64,000 nt of DNA from Pelomyxa schiedti (lineage: Eukaryota; Protista; Evosea): positions 6,803 to 70,802 of the forward strand of contig JAHLWZ010000091.1 of assembly GCA_020536535.1 (NCBI GenBank), read 5' to 3'. Made by a program: the position numbers and the translations under genes. Of the stretch, positions 26,001 through 37,408 are shown one piece after another; the first letter of the stretch is position 1; every line of letters begins with the position of its first letter. A model generated the notes under the pieces. That model did no database searches. It had not been told where the DNA came from and saw only the letters and a list, made by a program, of their open reading frames with translations.

Positions 26001-26402
26001 TACTCCATCAATAGGGCAATACCTTCATCACCCAACACTTTCATACGAATTTACTCTCAGTGAGACAAGAATGAAGAAAGAGGAAGGGTAACGCACTGTT
26101 GTCTTGCACCAAAAGACTAGTAGGTGCGTAGGCTCGAATTACAGCAATGGCGGGCGGAATGCCACTTCTGCCAATTTGCATCCCTGAAATATTTACAACT
26201 CCGCCATGCGCACATCTGCTCTTCATAATTTCGAAAAAGCCACGTTCGTCCAGCGTGACTTCGCCTCTTCCTCCCTTTAAAAAAAAAAGGGTGCCAAACA
26301 AAATGTGTTATCCAAAGCGCAAAAACAAGCGGGACTCACAGGGCGTCGATATAACGCATTGAACAGATCTCGACACGCCGTAGACTGTTCCGCCTCGTCC
26401 AT
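23057..26402 (-). CDS. RNI-like leucine-rich-repeat protein with coiled coil and Ser/Pro-rich tail
   Basis: Repeats such as VTHLNISSNNFGEAGAASLAQCLRSNTTL and LSTLNLESNGLGDWGAASIAAAL; heptad-rich exons at 23800-24500. Confidence 0.8.
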
Positions 26403-26551
26403 ACGCCGGTGTTTGTTTTGTTTTTTGTTTACTTGTCGGAAAATCAAGATTTTAGCGTAACAAGTACTTTCTTGGATATTTCCTCCCATATCGGGGCTGA
26501 AGAACTGCAAGATCCTGTCATCAGGCAATGACCCTTGCCGCTCTAGTCTAA

Positions 26552-26623
26552 GAAAAATCAGATGACTTCTTAGGGTGAATCACAAATGTTTCTCATGCAC
26601 ATAAGCGGTTGTCCTCATTTTTC
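26552..26623 (-). ncRNA. Candidate box C/D snoRNA (72 nt)
   Basis: GAAAA-ATGAGGA (C-like) ... ATGA (D') ... CTGA-TTTTTC with complementary ends; short antisense elements to conserved rRNA motifs precede D' and D. Confidence 0.4.
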
Positions 26624-26807
26624 GTCCTTGTCGCGGGTCCGTTGAAACGCACTTGTTGCGTTTCTTTCTGCCTCTCAATTATGGGCAGAAGAGGGCGCGT
26701 GTGTGGTGCTTCCTTTGACATCCGCCATCAACTTTTCCCTATGGAGTCGTTATTAGTCTATTAATATTTCCTTGATTAGAGTTAACAAGGACACTGTACC
26801 TTTCAAC

Positions 26808-29267
26808 TTAGAACCAGTGAACAGGGGACAGGAACGTGAGGATGTGGTTGATGGCGTATCGTGAGATACGGCCAATTGGGTGGAATTGCTGTGGTTGTTG
26901 TTGCTTCCAAACCCAGGATATCACCTTTGTGAGGAATGATGGTGTTGGTTGTGGTTCTGTGGTGTTGCTGGTGGACTCGGCCAGCTTCTTGTTGTGCAGC
27001 CAACACAGAATCACTGTCTTTAGGATGTGGACTTTGAACCACCACGGGAAGAGGTAGTGCCTCTGTACATCCCATGTCGCAGGCCTGAACAAGTGGCAGA
27101 AGCTGGGGTGGCTGGCATCAGCCATATTGGTATTATGAATGCGGAGTTGCTTCACTGATTGTGGTATGACAAAGCCGTGGCACCACAGCAAGTTGGCTAA
27201 ACCGCGCATTCCATCGTCTAGGGCTATGACAGAAACCGTATGTGGAAGGCGGCCAGTGTCACAAAAGGGTAAAAGCATCCTACACAACATGAAATTATCG
27301 TGGTTGACTGCCCATTCCATCAGTGTGAGTCCTCGCCCAGCCCTGTCTGGAATTTTAAATTCTGACTGTTCCACACCACTGAGTGCCAGAATAGCTGCAA
27401 CTCCATCGTTGTCCCCGGCAGTAAGAAGCTGGCTCAACACTGTATGTAAGTGCTGCATTTGTGAAGGTGCAAGGGGTGTTGTTGTGTTGATAGAGGGGCC
27501 AATTGAGGGTGGTAGCCACTTTGGGTTTCCTCCTGCCCGTGGCTGTAATTCAAGCTCCAGAACAATCTTCATCAGTGGCATCAACTTTTCCTCATCATTT
27601 GCAGTGATACCTTGTGCAAACACACTTTGACTGAACTCTTCTATGTCACTCCACCATTTCTTGACTACCATAGAAACTAAACCAACATCCAGAGGCATGC
27701 CCAAGAGAAATGACCTTATGAGCCCTACCTTCAATTCAACAGAGGAAATCACCTGAACCAGGGTTCTCTCGGGAGTGATTGAGGAGATAGATGCAACTAA
27801 TCCAATCAACAGACGAATCATGCCTGTCTCTAGTGTTCTCTTGGTGATGCAGATGGTATATGCCACAGGCACCACTCTCTCACAAAAGCCATATTTGTTG
27901 TATTCCTCTGGGTCCTCATCCATAGGAGTGAACTGATAAGTCTTCCTTGTCAATCCCACCTCATATGTGAAACAGGGCGTGCTGTTAAGCTGTTTGATGT
28001 AGGTTTTTGCAGCACGTGAATTGTCTTCGACGAGTGTCACAAACTCTGGAAATTCTTTCACTGCAAGTGGACAAATGCGCAGCATAGAGATAATAGGACC
28101 ACTATGTCCCTGTGCATGCTGAGCCAAAGCAACTTGGAACAGCTCCCTGACTGAACTGAGACTCAAATTTGCAAACACCTGTTTTACTGAGAACAGACTG
28201 TCCGAAATAAGGGGGTTGCCATCCATGGCAGTTTTCAGTGCCCTGACAATTAGCTGTTGGTTGACAGTTCCTCCTGATACAACCACAGGAAGAAGCAACA
28301 AAGCAGCAAGTGGTTGTGTTTCCAGTTCATTGTCCACAAATTTTAGAATTGCATCATGTGCCTTTGCCTTTTCCACAGAGCACATAATGCTGAGAGTGCT
28401 AAGAAACTTTGAGAGATCTTCCTTGTGCATTTCAATGATGGACCACTGGTCCAGGAGGGTACCAATCAGGTCCACTGTAACTTGCTTCTCCTGAATGAAA
28501 TCAACCACTTGTCTGCCCGATTTCGCTGGTATCCAGTCCCAGTTGTCGAACCACCGAATTTTTCTCATCAGGACCTTGGGATTGCTGACCACCACGAGGT
28601 TTGACACGAAGCTTTCGCAGACGTCCAGGCACCATTCCGGGAGCACAGTGGCCATGTGCACAACAGAAGTCAGCAACCCCTCGGACGGGAACTTCCTGTA
28701 CATGTCCAATCCGAGGAGCCTGTCGACAGCTTTCACGTGCGGGACCAGCAAGGAGCCGCAGGCCTCCATGCATATCTTGATGGCGCCGATTGCCCGTCTT
28801 TGCACGTCGTCGCGGCCCTCGTCGCCGCAGGCGATGCTGAGCAATTTTGGGACGAACGGCTCCAGCTTGGAGGCGACGTCGAACCACGAGGACCGGCACG
28901 CGTCGGCCAGAACGACGCCGCATTCGACGGCCACGCAGTTGCACACCCGCCTTTGGCATCTGAGGCAGTTTTCGCTGCAGCCGCCGTCGGCCTCGTGGTT
29001 GGCCTCTTCTTCCGTCGCGGGCGAGACGATCACGAGCTGCGGGCGGGCGCTCACGAGGAGGGACCATTGGTCTGGGAATGAGTACCCGAGGCCGCGGAGG
29101 GAGGTCTCGAAATCGGCGAGCCGCCCTGAGATGGCCTCTTCGTCGGCCCTGTCCCAGTCACCATCTGTGCGGAGATACAGCTCCAACTCCTCGTTGCTGA
29201 CTGGAGACTTCATGAGCTTCTCGATCAGCTTTTCAACAGGTGCTGGCAATTCCCCACATGCCGACAT
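26808..29267 (-). CDS. Large intronless hypothetical protein, helical-repeat N-terminus and ankyrin-like C-terminus
   Basis: ORF of about 820 codons; GRGLTLMEWAVNHDNFMLCRMLL ankyrin-like repeat; start uncertain. Confidence 0.7.
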   Translation of the reverse strand: MSACGELPAPVEKLIEKLMKSPVSNEELELYLRTDGDWDRADEEAISGRLADFETSLRGLGYSFPDQWSLLVSARPQLVIVSPATEEEANHEADGGCSENCLRCQRRVCNCVAVECGVVLADACRSSWFDVASKLEPFVPKLLSIACGDEGRDDVQRRAIGAIKICMEACGSLLVPHVKAVDRLLGLDMYRKFPSEGLLTSVVHMATVLPEWCLDVCESFVSNLVVVSNPKVLMRKIRWFDNWDWIPAKSGRQVVDFIQEKQVTVDLIGTLLDQWSIIEMHKEDLSKFLSTLSIMCSVEKAKAHDAILKFVDNELETQPLAALLLLPVVVSGGTVNQQLIVRALKTAMDGNPLISDSLFSVKQVFANLSLSSVRELFQVALAQHAQGHSGPIISMLRICPLAVKEFPEFVTLVEDNSRAAKTYIKQLNSTPCFTYEVGLTRKTYQFTPMDEDPEEYNKYGFCERVVPVAYTICITKRTLETGMIRLLIGLVASISSITPERTLVQVISSVELKVGLIRSFLLGMPLDVGLVSMVVKKWWSDIEEFSQSVFAQGITANDEEKLMPLMKIVLELELQPRAGGNPKWLPPSIGPSINTTTPLAPSQMQHLHTVLSQLLTAGDNDGVAAILALSGVEQSEFKIPDRAGRGLTLMEWAVNHDNFMLCRMLLPFCDTGRLPHTVSVIALDDGMRGLANLLWCHGFVIPQSVKQLRIHNTNMADASHPSFCHLFRPATWDVQRHYLFPWWFKVHILKTVILCWLHNKKLAESTSNTTEPQPTPSFLTKVISWVWKQQQPQQFHPIGRISRYAINHILTFLSPVHWF

Positions 29268-29534
29268 GCTCGTATCTGATACCACTTTCTTGAAAGCAAT
29301 GAAATGGAGTAGAAGAACTCCTCAATCTTGTACACCGGGAATGGGAACCCTACCTCTGCTGTGTGTGCCAGTTCCGAGCCGAGTGGAACACTAGTTCAGG
29401 GTCTCAGTCGATCTCAATCACAATCTTTTGAAACCGAGAAACTGACGGTGGCGCACAACCGGCTGTCCCACAATACCAAAGCACTACGTCACACCGCAAC
29501 AGAGTGCACCTCAACACATTCAATACCTTAACAA

Positions 29535-30692
29535 ATGGGCAATTACAACAGTCGCGAGGGCGCCGTCGAGCCGGCACCGAAACGACCGAGGACACAACCA
29601 AATCGAAACCATAATCAAGATCAGCAGAGGCAGCAGCGCGAACAACAGCAACTTGTGGCGCCTGGTTCCGAGAATGCTAATAGGCCTGCCAACGTCGAAG
29701 AGGTTTGCTGTTGTGCTGGAGACTGACGGTACCGGTCACACTATTCACTGACATTCATTGTTTGTTTGGGGCACTGGGCCCATCACAGAGTACGACTGCT
29801 GTGGACGAAATCAGAACCAAAATAGAGGCCGCGGTGAACGTCGCAATTGCGGAGGTCCAGGCCGAGGTGCTTTCCAAATTAGGGGAAGACTCAAAAGAAC
29901 CGCTGAGAGTGTGTTTTCGAGTTTCTGGCATTGGCTGATTTACTTGGCAGGTCAATTACTCAATGGACCGGCTGAAAAGTGTAGTGCGCAGTTCTATTAC
30001 AATATTTCGAGGTGTGTGCAGTAGTTACTTTCATGAAAAAAATTAGGTTGCTCATACCAAAAAGGTACACACATTCTGGACTTGCCCGATCTGGTTTTAT
30101 GGCAGATTGTTGGCTATTTGCCACCCGAGTCCGTTTTTGCCATTCGCCGAGTATGTTTCCGATTTTGGGATGCTGTTCGCACAGGTGAGCAACTCTCGCA
30201 TTACAACAACTCAAACATTATTAACAACTGGTTTTTTTAGTGCATGGCTGTGAACGTGTGAACTTCACTACGCATGTGAGTAAGAAAAAAAGCCAAAAGA
30301 GGGCTGCGTGGACAGTAACGGGAGATGAGATTGTCACACCATGCATGGATTTCCACCTGGACGTGAGAGTGAAGACAGGAAATACAGTGGGAGTTTACTT
30401 CTGGCCAAAAAAGAAACTGTATGCCCAGGCCAAAAGCATAGATATTGAGATCAAATGCGACAACCGCAAAGAGACTCTTAAACAGCGCATTTGCATTGAG
30501 ACACATCAACTGTCAAGTCATTCCTGTGGCTGGGGCGTCACTTTCGCCACGAATCCCGGGCCAGTCAATGTAGTCCTCATTGATGTCACCTTCAATGATT
30601 CCTATGACCACCGCAATGGACCAACACACAGGCTACACGTGGAGCCAAGTTCATGGTACCAACAAGCACCATACAAACGCAAGCACATGTGA
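29535..30692 (+). CDS. F-box protein with possible N-myristoylation and MATH-like beta C-terminal domain
   Basis: MGNYNS start; YLPPESVFAIRRVCFRFWDAV F-box pattern near 30110-30180. Confidence 0.55.
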
Positions 30693-31002
30693 CCCAACAC
30701 AAACTATGTGGGGTGGGTTTTTGGGAAACCAAACCCACTGTGTTTTCCGAATCTAGGGTCTGTGACTTTAAAAGGAAGGAACGGGAAAGTACCGTTCACT
30801 CACCGAAAGAAAACGCAAAGGAAAAACAAAAACGGCGACAACAAGCGGCGGGTGCGACACCAACCTCGTCGGCGCGGCCGCGGCATCGGCCTCGGTCTCG
30901 GTCCCGGCGCCGTCGGCGGCCCCGGGCGGCGGCGGCAGCAGCAGCGGAAACGGCGGCGGGGGCGGCGGCGGCGGCGCGGCGACGATCGGATCTCCGTCGC
31001 TG

Positions 31003-34000
31003 GTGGCGTCGTCGGGGGGCTCGGCGTCGTTCGTGAGGTTCCCTGCGGCCAAGGCGCCCGCGCCCCCGACGACGAGCTACCGGAACAGCACCGACTTCAA
31101 GGGCCTCACGCTCACCAGCATGCACCGCACCGCGCCAGCCGTCGCCGCGCCGGCTCCCCCCTCGGGCCCAAGCTGCCCGCCGCCGGCGTCCACCACGCAC
31201 CCAAGCGACTCCAACGCCACGCCATCGTCATCATCACCATCATCATCGACGGCACCGGCACCACCACCACCAACAACAACAACAACAACAACAACAGCAA
31301 CAACAATCATCACCAGCGCCAGCAGCGCTACCATGAGCAATTTCAGCAGCAATAGCAATAGCGACAGCGAAGGCAAAAGCAGGAGCAATAGCAGTAGCAA
31401 TGGCAGCAGTAGTAGCAATGGGGGATGCCATGGAAATGGAAATAGCAGTTGTAGCAGTGGAAGCACAACCAACGCTAATTGTCTACCTGTTGAGAATGTT
31501 GCTGTTGCCGCTTCGGTTGGAGTGGACATCCCACCGCCCAACGACGCCAACTTGGTGGCGCTGGTGCCTCCCCCGGGCCCCGGCATTCCCCCTCCGAATA
31601 TCCCGCCTCCACCTCCTGACGAGGTGCCATTTTTGTCTGAACTTCCACCACCACCGCCTCTAAATGCTGCCCCGGCTCCCCCGGCTTATATACCACCTCC
31701 ACCACCTGAAATCATTGCCCCAGCACCTTCAAAGACATCTGCCTCGGCTCCTGCACAGCACACTCACACAAACAATTTAGCAAACTCCACGGCTTCTGCA
31801 ACCCCAGGAAATGACGTGTCCACTACATATACAGCAGCCACCGCAGCTATAACAGCAACAGCCGTTGCCACAGCAGCGGCCACAGCCACTGCCATGGCCA
31901 ATGCACAACCAAACTCCAGCTTGACATCTTCTCAGAGTGGACTCTCAAATTCTTGTGAAAATCTCAACTCTTCCTTTGACGAGTCAAAGCTGTGTGTTCC
32001 AAAAGACTGGTTCCACTTCCCTTTACATATGTATTCTTTTCCCTAAATAGGTCTATTGTACTGGAGGATGGAGTAGTCAAAATGGGAACAGTTGAAGCCT
32101 TAGTTGCACGCCTGACTACAGAGAAAAAACCTGGTATGAGAAAACACTTTTCCCCATAAAATGGTAAAAACAAAAAAACAAAACAGATCAGCAATTCATG
32201 CTAAGATTTTTGCTTACACACAATGCACACACATCACCTTTCCGTCTCCTCGAGTTGTTAGTGAACAGGTAGGTTTACCTGTACTGTATGTGTCCAATCA
32301 AAATTCTCCGAAGGTATAATTTGCAGCCCCCACCCACATGTACAGCTGAAGAGCGAGAAGTCTTTATGACTACAACTCTGAAATCCATACGTTTGCGGTT
32401 TGTTCTTCCTTTGCTCGTCATGCCTCACTCTTTTCAGCATTTTTGTTGTATTGAAGACGTGGATTGAGAATCTTTGGAATAGTAGTACAGACCCTGAACT
32501 AGTGGAGAAAGCCAAGGAATTTGCCACAGAAGCTTCTCAGTCCATGAAAATGGCTGCTGAGCAGCTACATAGAACCATACATAAAGCTGTTTGTTCCATT
32601 CTGCTTTGTCTAATAATTTTGCTGAAACTTTACAGGTGTCTGGAGAAGAAAAAACTCTCCGCATAGTGTGGGATAAGCCACCTCCACAACCACTCCTCCC
32701 TCTGGCCTTAAACCTGGGGTACGAGCTTACCCCAGAAATAATGTCATTCCAATCCATGCCGGTTTAACAAGCATCCCTAATTCCATTGATGTGACACATA
32801 AAAAGATTAAAGAGATTGCTCGTCAGCTGACACTAATTGAACAAGCAATTTACAGAGCCATTAGGCCTTGGGAGCTACTAGGTCTTGCCTGGACAAAGAA
32901 AGATAAATCACTGGCCCCAAATGTGTCTAGAATGATACAGCACTTCAACAAGGTCTAAACTACCTTTTCTCTTCTAGTTGCATTTGACTTCCAAAGATAA
33001 GCAACTGGATGTATACAGAAGTAACAGCGGTTGATGATCTGCAAATGAGAATTCGGACACTTGAACGCTGTATTGAGCTTGCAGATGTTGTTTTCCCCAA
33101 ACAAACAGAAATTTAATGTCTTAGCTTCTTTACAGGCCCTTGAGGAATTGCAAAACTTTAATGCACTGATGGAAGTAGTTTCAGGTCTCACCAACAGCTG
33201 TGTATTCAGGCTTAAGAAAACTTGGGCAGTAAGCTCCATTAAGTCACAATACAAGTCTTATACAACTATCAGGGAATATCACCTCTACACAACAAAATGT
33301 GGGAGTCTATACGGGAATTAACTGATGGTGCAAAGAACAATCAAGTACTCCGGAACAGAATAAAATCACTTCACCCAGTATTATCTCTTTTTCCATTCAC
33401 ACTGCCTCTAATTAAAAAAAAAAAGCCATGCATTCCATATTTGGGGATTTACCTTACTGACTTCACATTCATTGGTTGGAAATATTGTACTAATTTTTTT
33501 CCTTAACAATCTAAAGAGGAGGGAAACCAAACGTTCATTGAGGACAAAGTCAATTTTTTCAAATGCACACTTCAGGTCAAAAACAGAACAATAAAGTAAC
33601 CCTGAGACTCTTCTAGGCGGGTGTAATTATCAACGTCCAGAATTACCAGCAACAGCCCTATTGCCTGGACCCGGTACAACCTATTGCTGATTGGATTCTC
33701 ACACGTGGAACAAGTGCAACAGAAGATATGTGCTACAAACGTTCACTTGTGTATGTTACCTTTCCATATTATCATTTTATCATGAACTCCTTTTTAGGCT
33801 CGAACCAAAAGAGAAGTCTCCAGAAGAATCAAAACCAACTGAAGTAACTGAAGATGGTCCTCCCCCTGAAGAAGAGCTTTCACTCTTGATGCTATTCCCA
33901 TATGAATTAGAGCCAACCCTGGTAAAGCTGAGTGGTTCAATGACAGTTGGTGCTGCTTGTCGGTAGTGTTTTTTTTTTTTTCTTTCAAGTTGCCAACTGA

Positions 34001-37000
34001 TAATTTTACATGAAGTCTCGTGTATGACAAATGGAAAACCAAAAAGCCTCCTGCCATTTCGACTCCCTTTTTTTCCAAGATTATATCCCAGTGTGATCTC
34101 TCAATGCTTAAACTCGTTTTCCCTCAACCACACGACCAAGCATTTATGCTTGAAGAGCATCAAAATTTGGGAGATTTGGCTTCTTCTCTCCTTTCAAATT
34201 CCCTGTCAAGGAAAGGGGTATCTTTCCTGTCATTACTTTAAGACTTAATGACAGGGCACAGAACGAAGTCTTTGCTCTTATCCCCTCTCCTGAGGTTATT
34301 AGTTGTGTGTTTGTTACATCGACTTCTTGCGAGTCAAGTCGTATGCCACTGTTTCTTTTAAAAAAGCAAGTATAATGTATGACACAGATCCTCTTATTGA
34401 CTGCAATGCACCCCTTGCCTTGATGGTGCCATTACTCCAGATCGCATTTGGTACAACTGAAAATGTTATTTTAGCCTATTACGAAAATGAAAGTCTGGGT
34501 GTGCACTTTCCCGCTTTTAACCGTTGTTTTCTCATTTTGTGGCAGTCCAATGGGTGAATTGCAACTTGTCATTCAACGAGCAAGGCTTGGGGAAAGGGAC
34601 TCTCGTAATTATTGCCCTCTCAACCTTTCAGGTTCTCCAAAGGTTCCAAGCAATACAATATCTGAACCAAAAAAGAAGGATTTTGTGCAATCTGATGAGG
34701 AAATCAGAGCACGAGGACAATCCTTCAATGCAGTATGTCTTGAATGTTATGAATCACACTGAGTTCTTTAGGGCGAGTGGTCACTGAGCGGACTTCTTCG
34801 AATATCTTCTAGCATTCACAGTAGCATCAAAGCTGCCCACTTGGATTTGCAGGCGAAAAGTCGCAAGCCTTTTGCAAAGGAAAAAGGCCGCTGGACTGTC
34901 ATGGTTGATGGCTTACTGGTGTACTATGCCGGGATGGAGGTTGTGGTGTCTACCCTACCAAAACTTACACCCTTTCCAGGACCCAGAGCCAAAACATGTC
35001 CTTCCAATCCAACATTTTGATGTACAGTACATTCGTGACAGCTCTCAGCTGTGCATTTTAATGAGGCCCATTCTTCCCATCAAGGATTACAAGCCCTTTA
35101 TTGTACTTTGTGCCCCAAACAATAAATAAATAAATAACAATTAAAAAAAAACCTGTTGCTCAGTAATTTTGTAGCTTTCTGCCCCTCAGGAAGAATTGAC
35201 GAGAACCTGTTTTTCCCTTATGCACACCCATGTAAGGCTGTTCTCCTTTTCCCCTGTTACTGATTCTTTTCTCAGTCTAGGGTTAATGGTTCGCCTATTA
35301 TCTCAACTGAATAACATTAATCTTCCTCAGAGAAAACAAGACAGTTCGGGATTTCTCTTAGTGTAATTGCTGCCCGCCCAGGGAACAAGTCCTTAGTTCC
35401 TTCCGTCTTGAGAGATATACTAAATTGGCTTCACTCTCATGGTAACCTGAGCTCTTTGCTATGTTCGTTGCTGTGCTGACCAGAGCCAGGTGTAAACAAC
35501 AATAGACTCTTTTCTGGGGAAGCAAATGGCTTTGTAATTGAAAGATTTAAGTCTCAGTTTGATTCTGGACTTGAAGTGGATCTAGGATCGTGTGACAGTC
35601 TTATCCTTGGGGAGCTGGTTTGCGTATTTTTGAGTGAATTGCCAGAGCCTCTCTTAACTTATGGACTGCACCCAAAATTCCTGCGTATTGCTGAACAACT
35701 GGGTATCCTATAATTTTATGTTTAAAAATTCTAACCACTGTCCAAGTGAGGGACCCAACAAACCAAACTGAGATATTCAACCTCAGCTGTCTCATGGGCC
35801 AGTTACCACTCCCACATTATGCTGTAATAACATTCTTGATTGGCTACTTGCGGTCTTGGCTGGCTGAAAGTAAAGCTGATCTCCAAAAAGTACCAAGTGA
35901 GGTTTTCCTTCATGTTTGCCTCATAAATTAACTAGGTAGCACAAAATTTTGGTCCGCTATTTTTAAGACCTTCAGATGCTGATGCCCACGAAAGTCTCGG
36001 TTCTTCTACTGCACTGACCGCCGTGATGATTAAATGCCAAGATCAGGTGGGCTAACCTCTTTCTTTTTTGGGGTTTAACCAATAGCAGATTCTTTCTCGG
36101 TATGATAAAGACTTGTGGCCTCAATTCCATGAACAATTTGGAGAAAGCTATAAAGCACCTCCTACTGACATTCACTTAATTCGAACAGAAACAAAGAAGG
36201 TAATGTCAATACTGGTTTCCCTCAACAAATAATGTGGACGTTAGGAAATGCTGTATGCAATAAAAGAGGCCAAAACTCTTGGTGGGGAAATTCCACGAAA
36301 ACCCTACAGTGAAGTAATCAAGCTTATGAACCAATCCGCACATAATACTTCTACAACGCCACCCTTCATAAACTCGCCAACACTCTCATCTTCCCCAAGT
36401 CCTTCTTTGCCTCCTATCGATTCCCGTTCAGGTTGTTTCTCTTTTGCTCTTGTAAATTCCCAATCTCACCAAACACACAAACACACAAACACACAAACAA
36501 ACAAAGAAGGTTCATGCTCGCCCCTACTATCGCCATCCTCACCAAACCTACGCGTTCACCACAAATCGTCTCTCCCGGCCATTCCTCTGCACACATTCCA
36601 GGCACAGTTCACACCGACCCCTCCTACCTCACCGCCTCCAATCTCGATCTCCATATCAATACAGGACATGCCCACCCGGCAGCAGAGCTTCTCGTCGCCG
36701 TCACCCGCCACCAACCCCCGCCCGGTGCTCCCCGAGCAGCCCATAATCCACCACAACGCCACCGACGACGACGACGAGATCCCGCCGCCGCCGCCGCCCA
36801 CGCACCACCACCGGCACGTCTCGGCGTCCCACGCCACGTCGGCGCCGCAGCACGCCCACGGCAGCCCCCCGCCGCCGACGCACCACGTGCCGCAGCCCCC
36901 GCACTCGCCGGTCCCCACCCACCCGATCCTGCAGTCCCGCGTGACGCCCCGCTCGCTGCACCTGCCCCCCGCGCCCCCGCCCCCGCCCGGGCTGCAGCCC

Positions 37001-37207
37001 CTGCAGGCCTCGATGTCGCAGCCCAACCTCGGCCTCAAGGGAGGAGGCGGAGGAGGAGTGGGGGGCGGCACTACCACCAATACTATTACCACCTCTGGGA
37101 CTGCGGCTGTAAAACAAGCACCGCCCCCACCCAGTCGTTTACCCCCGGGCGTGGCGCCAACGCCACCCCTCAGCCCCACTTCCTCACCATCCTCCTCACA
37201 GCACTGA
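31003..37207 (+). CDS. RasGEF (REM + CDC25) - PH - RhoGAP-like multidomain protein with Pro-rich termini
   Basis: [66 protein letters not shown]; PH-like RWTVMVDGLLVYY; RhoGAP FGISL..VPSVL..FLSELPEPLLT. Confidence 0.85.
31259..31306 (+). repeat. Coding trinucleotide microsatellite (CCA)n(ACA)n giving poly-Pro/poly-Thr
   Basis: caccaccaccaccaacaacaacaacaaca seen directly. Confidence 0.8.
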
Positions 37208-37408
37208 ATTCTCTACTACTTGGTGTTGATACTCTTTGTCATGTCAATCAGCCAGTTTTGTACAGTAGAAAGAGCCATTATGGACCGTTTTTCACCAACT
37301 TTGACCGTCTTTAAAAATAAAAGAGAACAATAGCTTGTTTTGAGAATAAAAATATTTCTTATTTTTCACAGTAAACTTGCCATGTATGTATACTACAATG
37401 AAAGAAAG

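Noticed and set aside
28495-29394. 299-aa + strand ORF and the many other overlapping antisense ORFs in GC-rich segments
   Set aside because: Shadow frames of real opposite-strand genes; stop codons are rare at high GC
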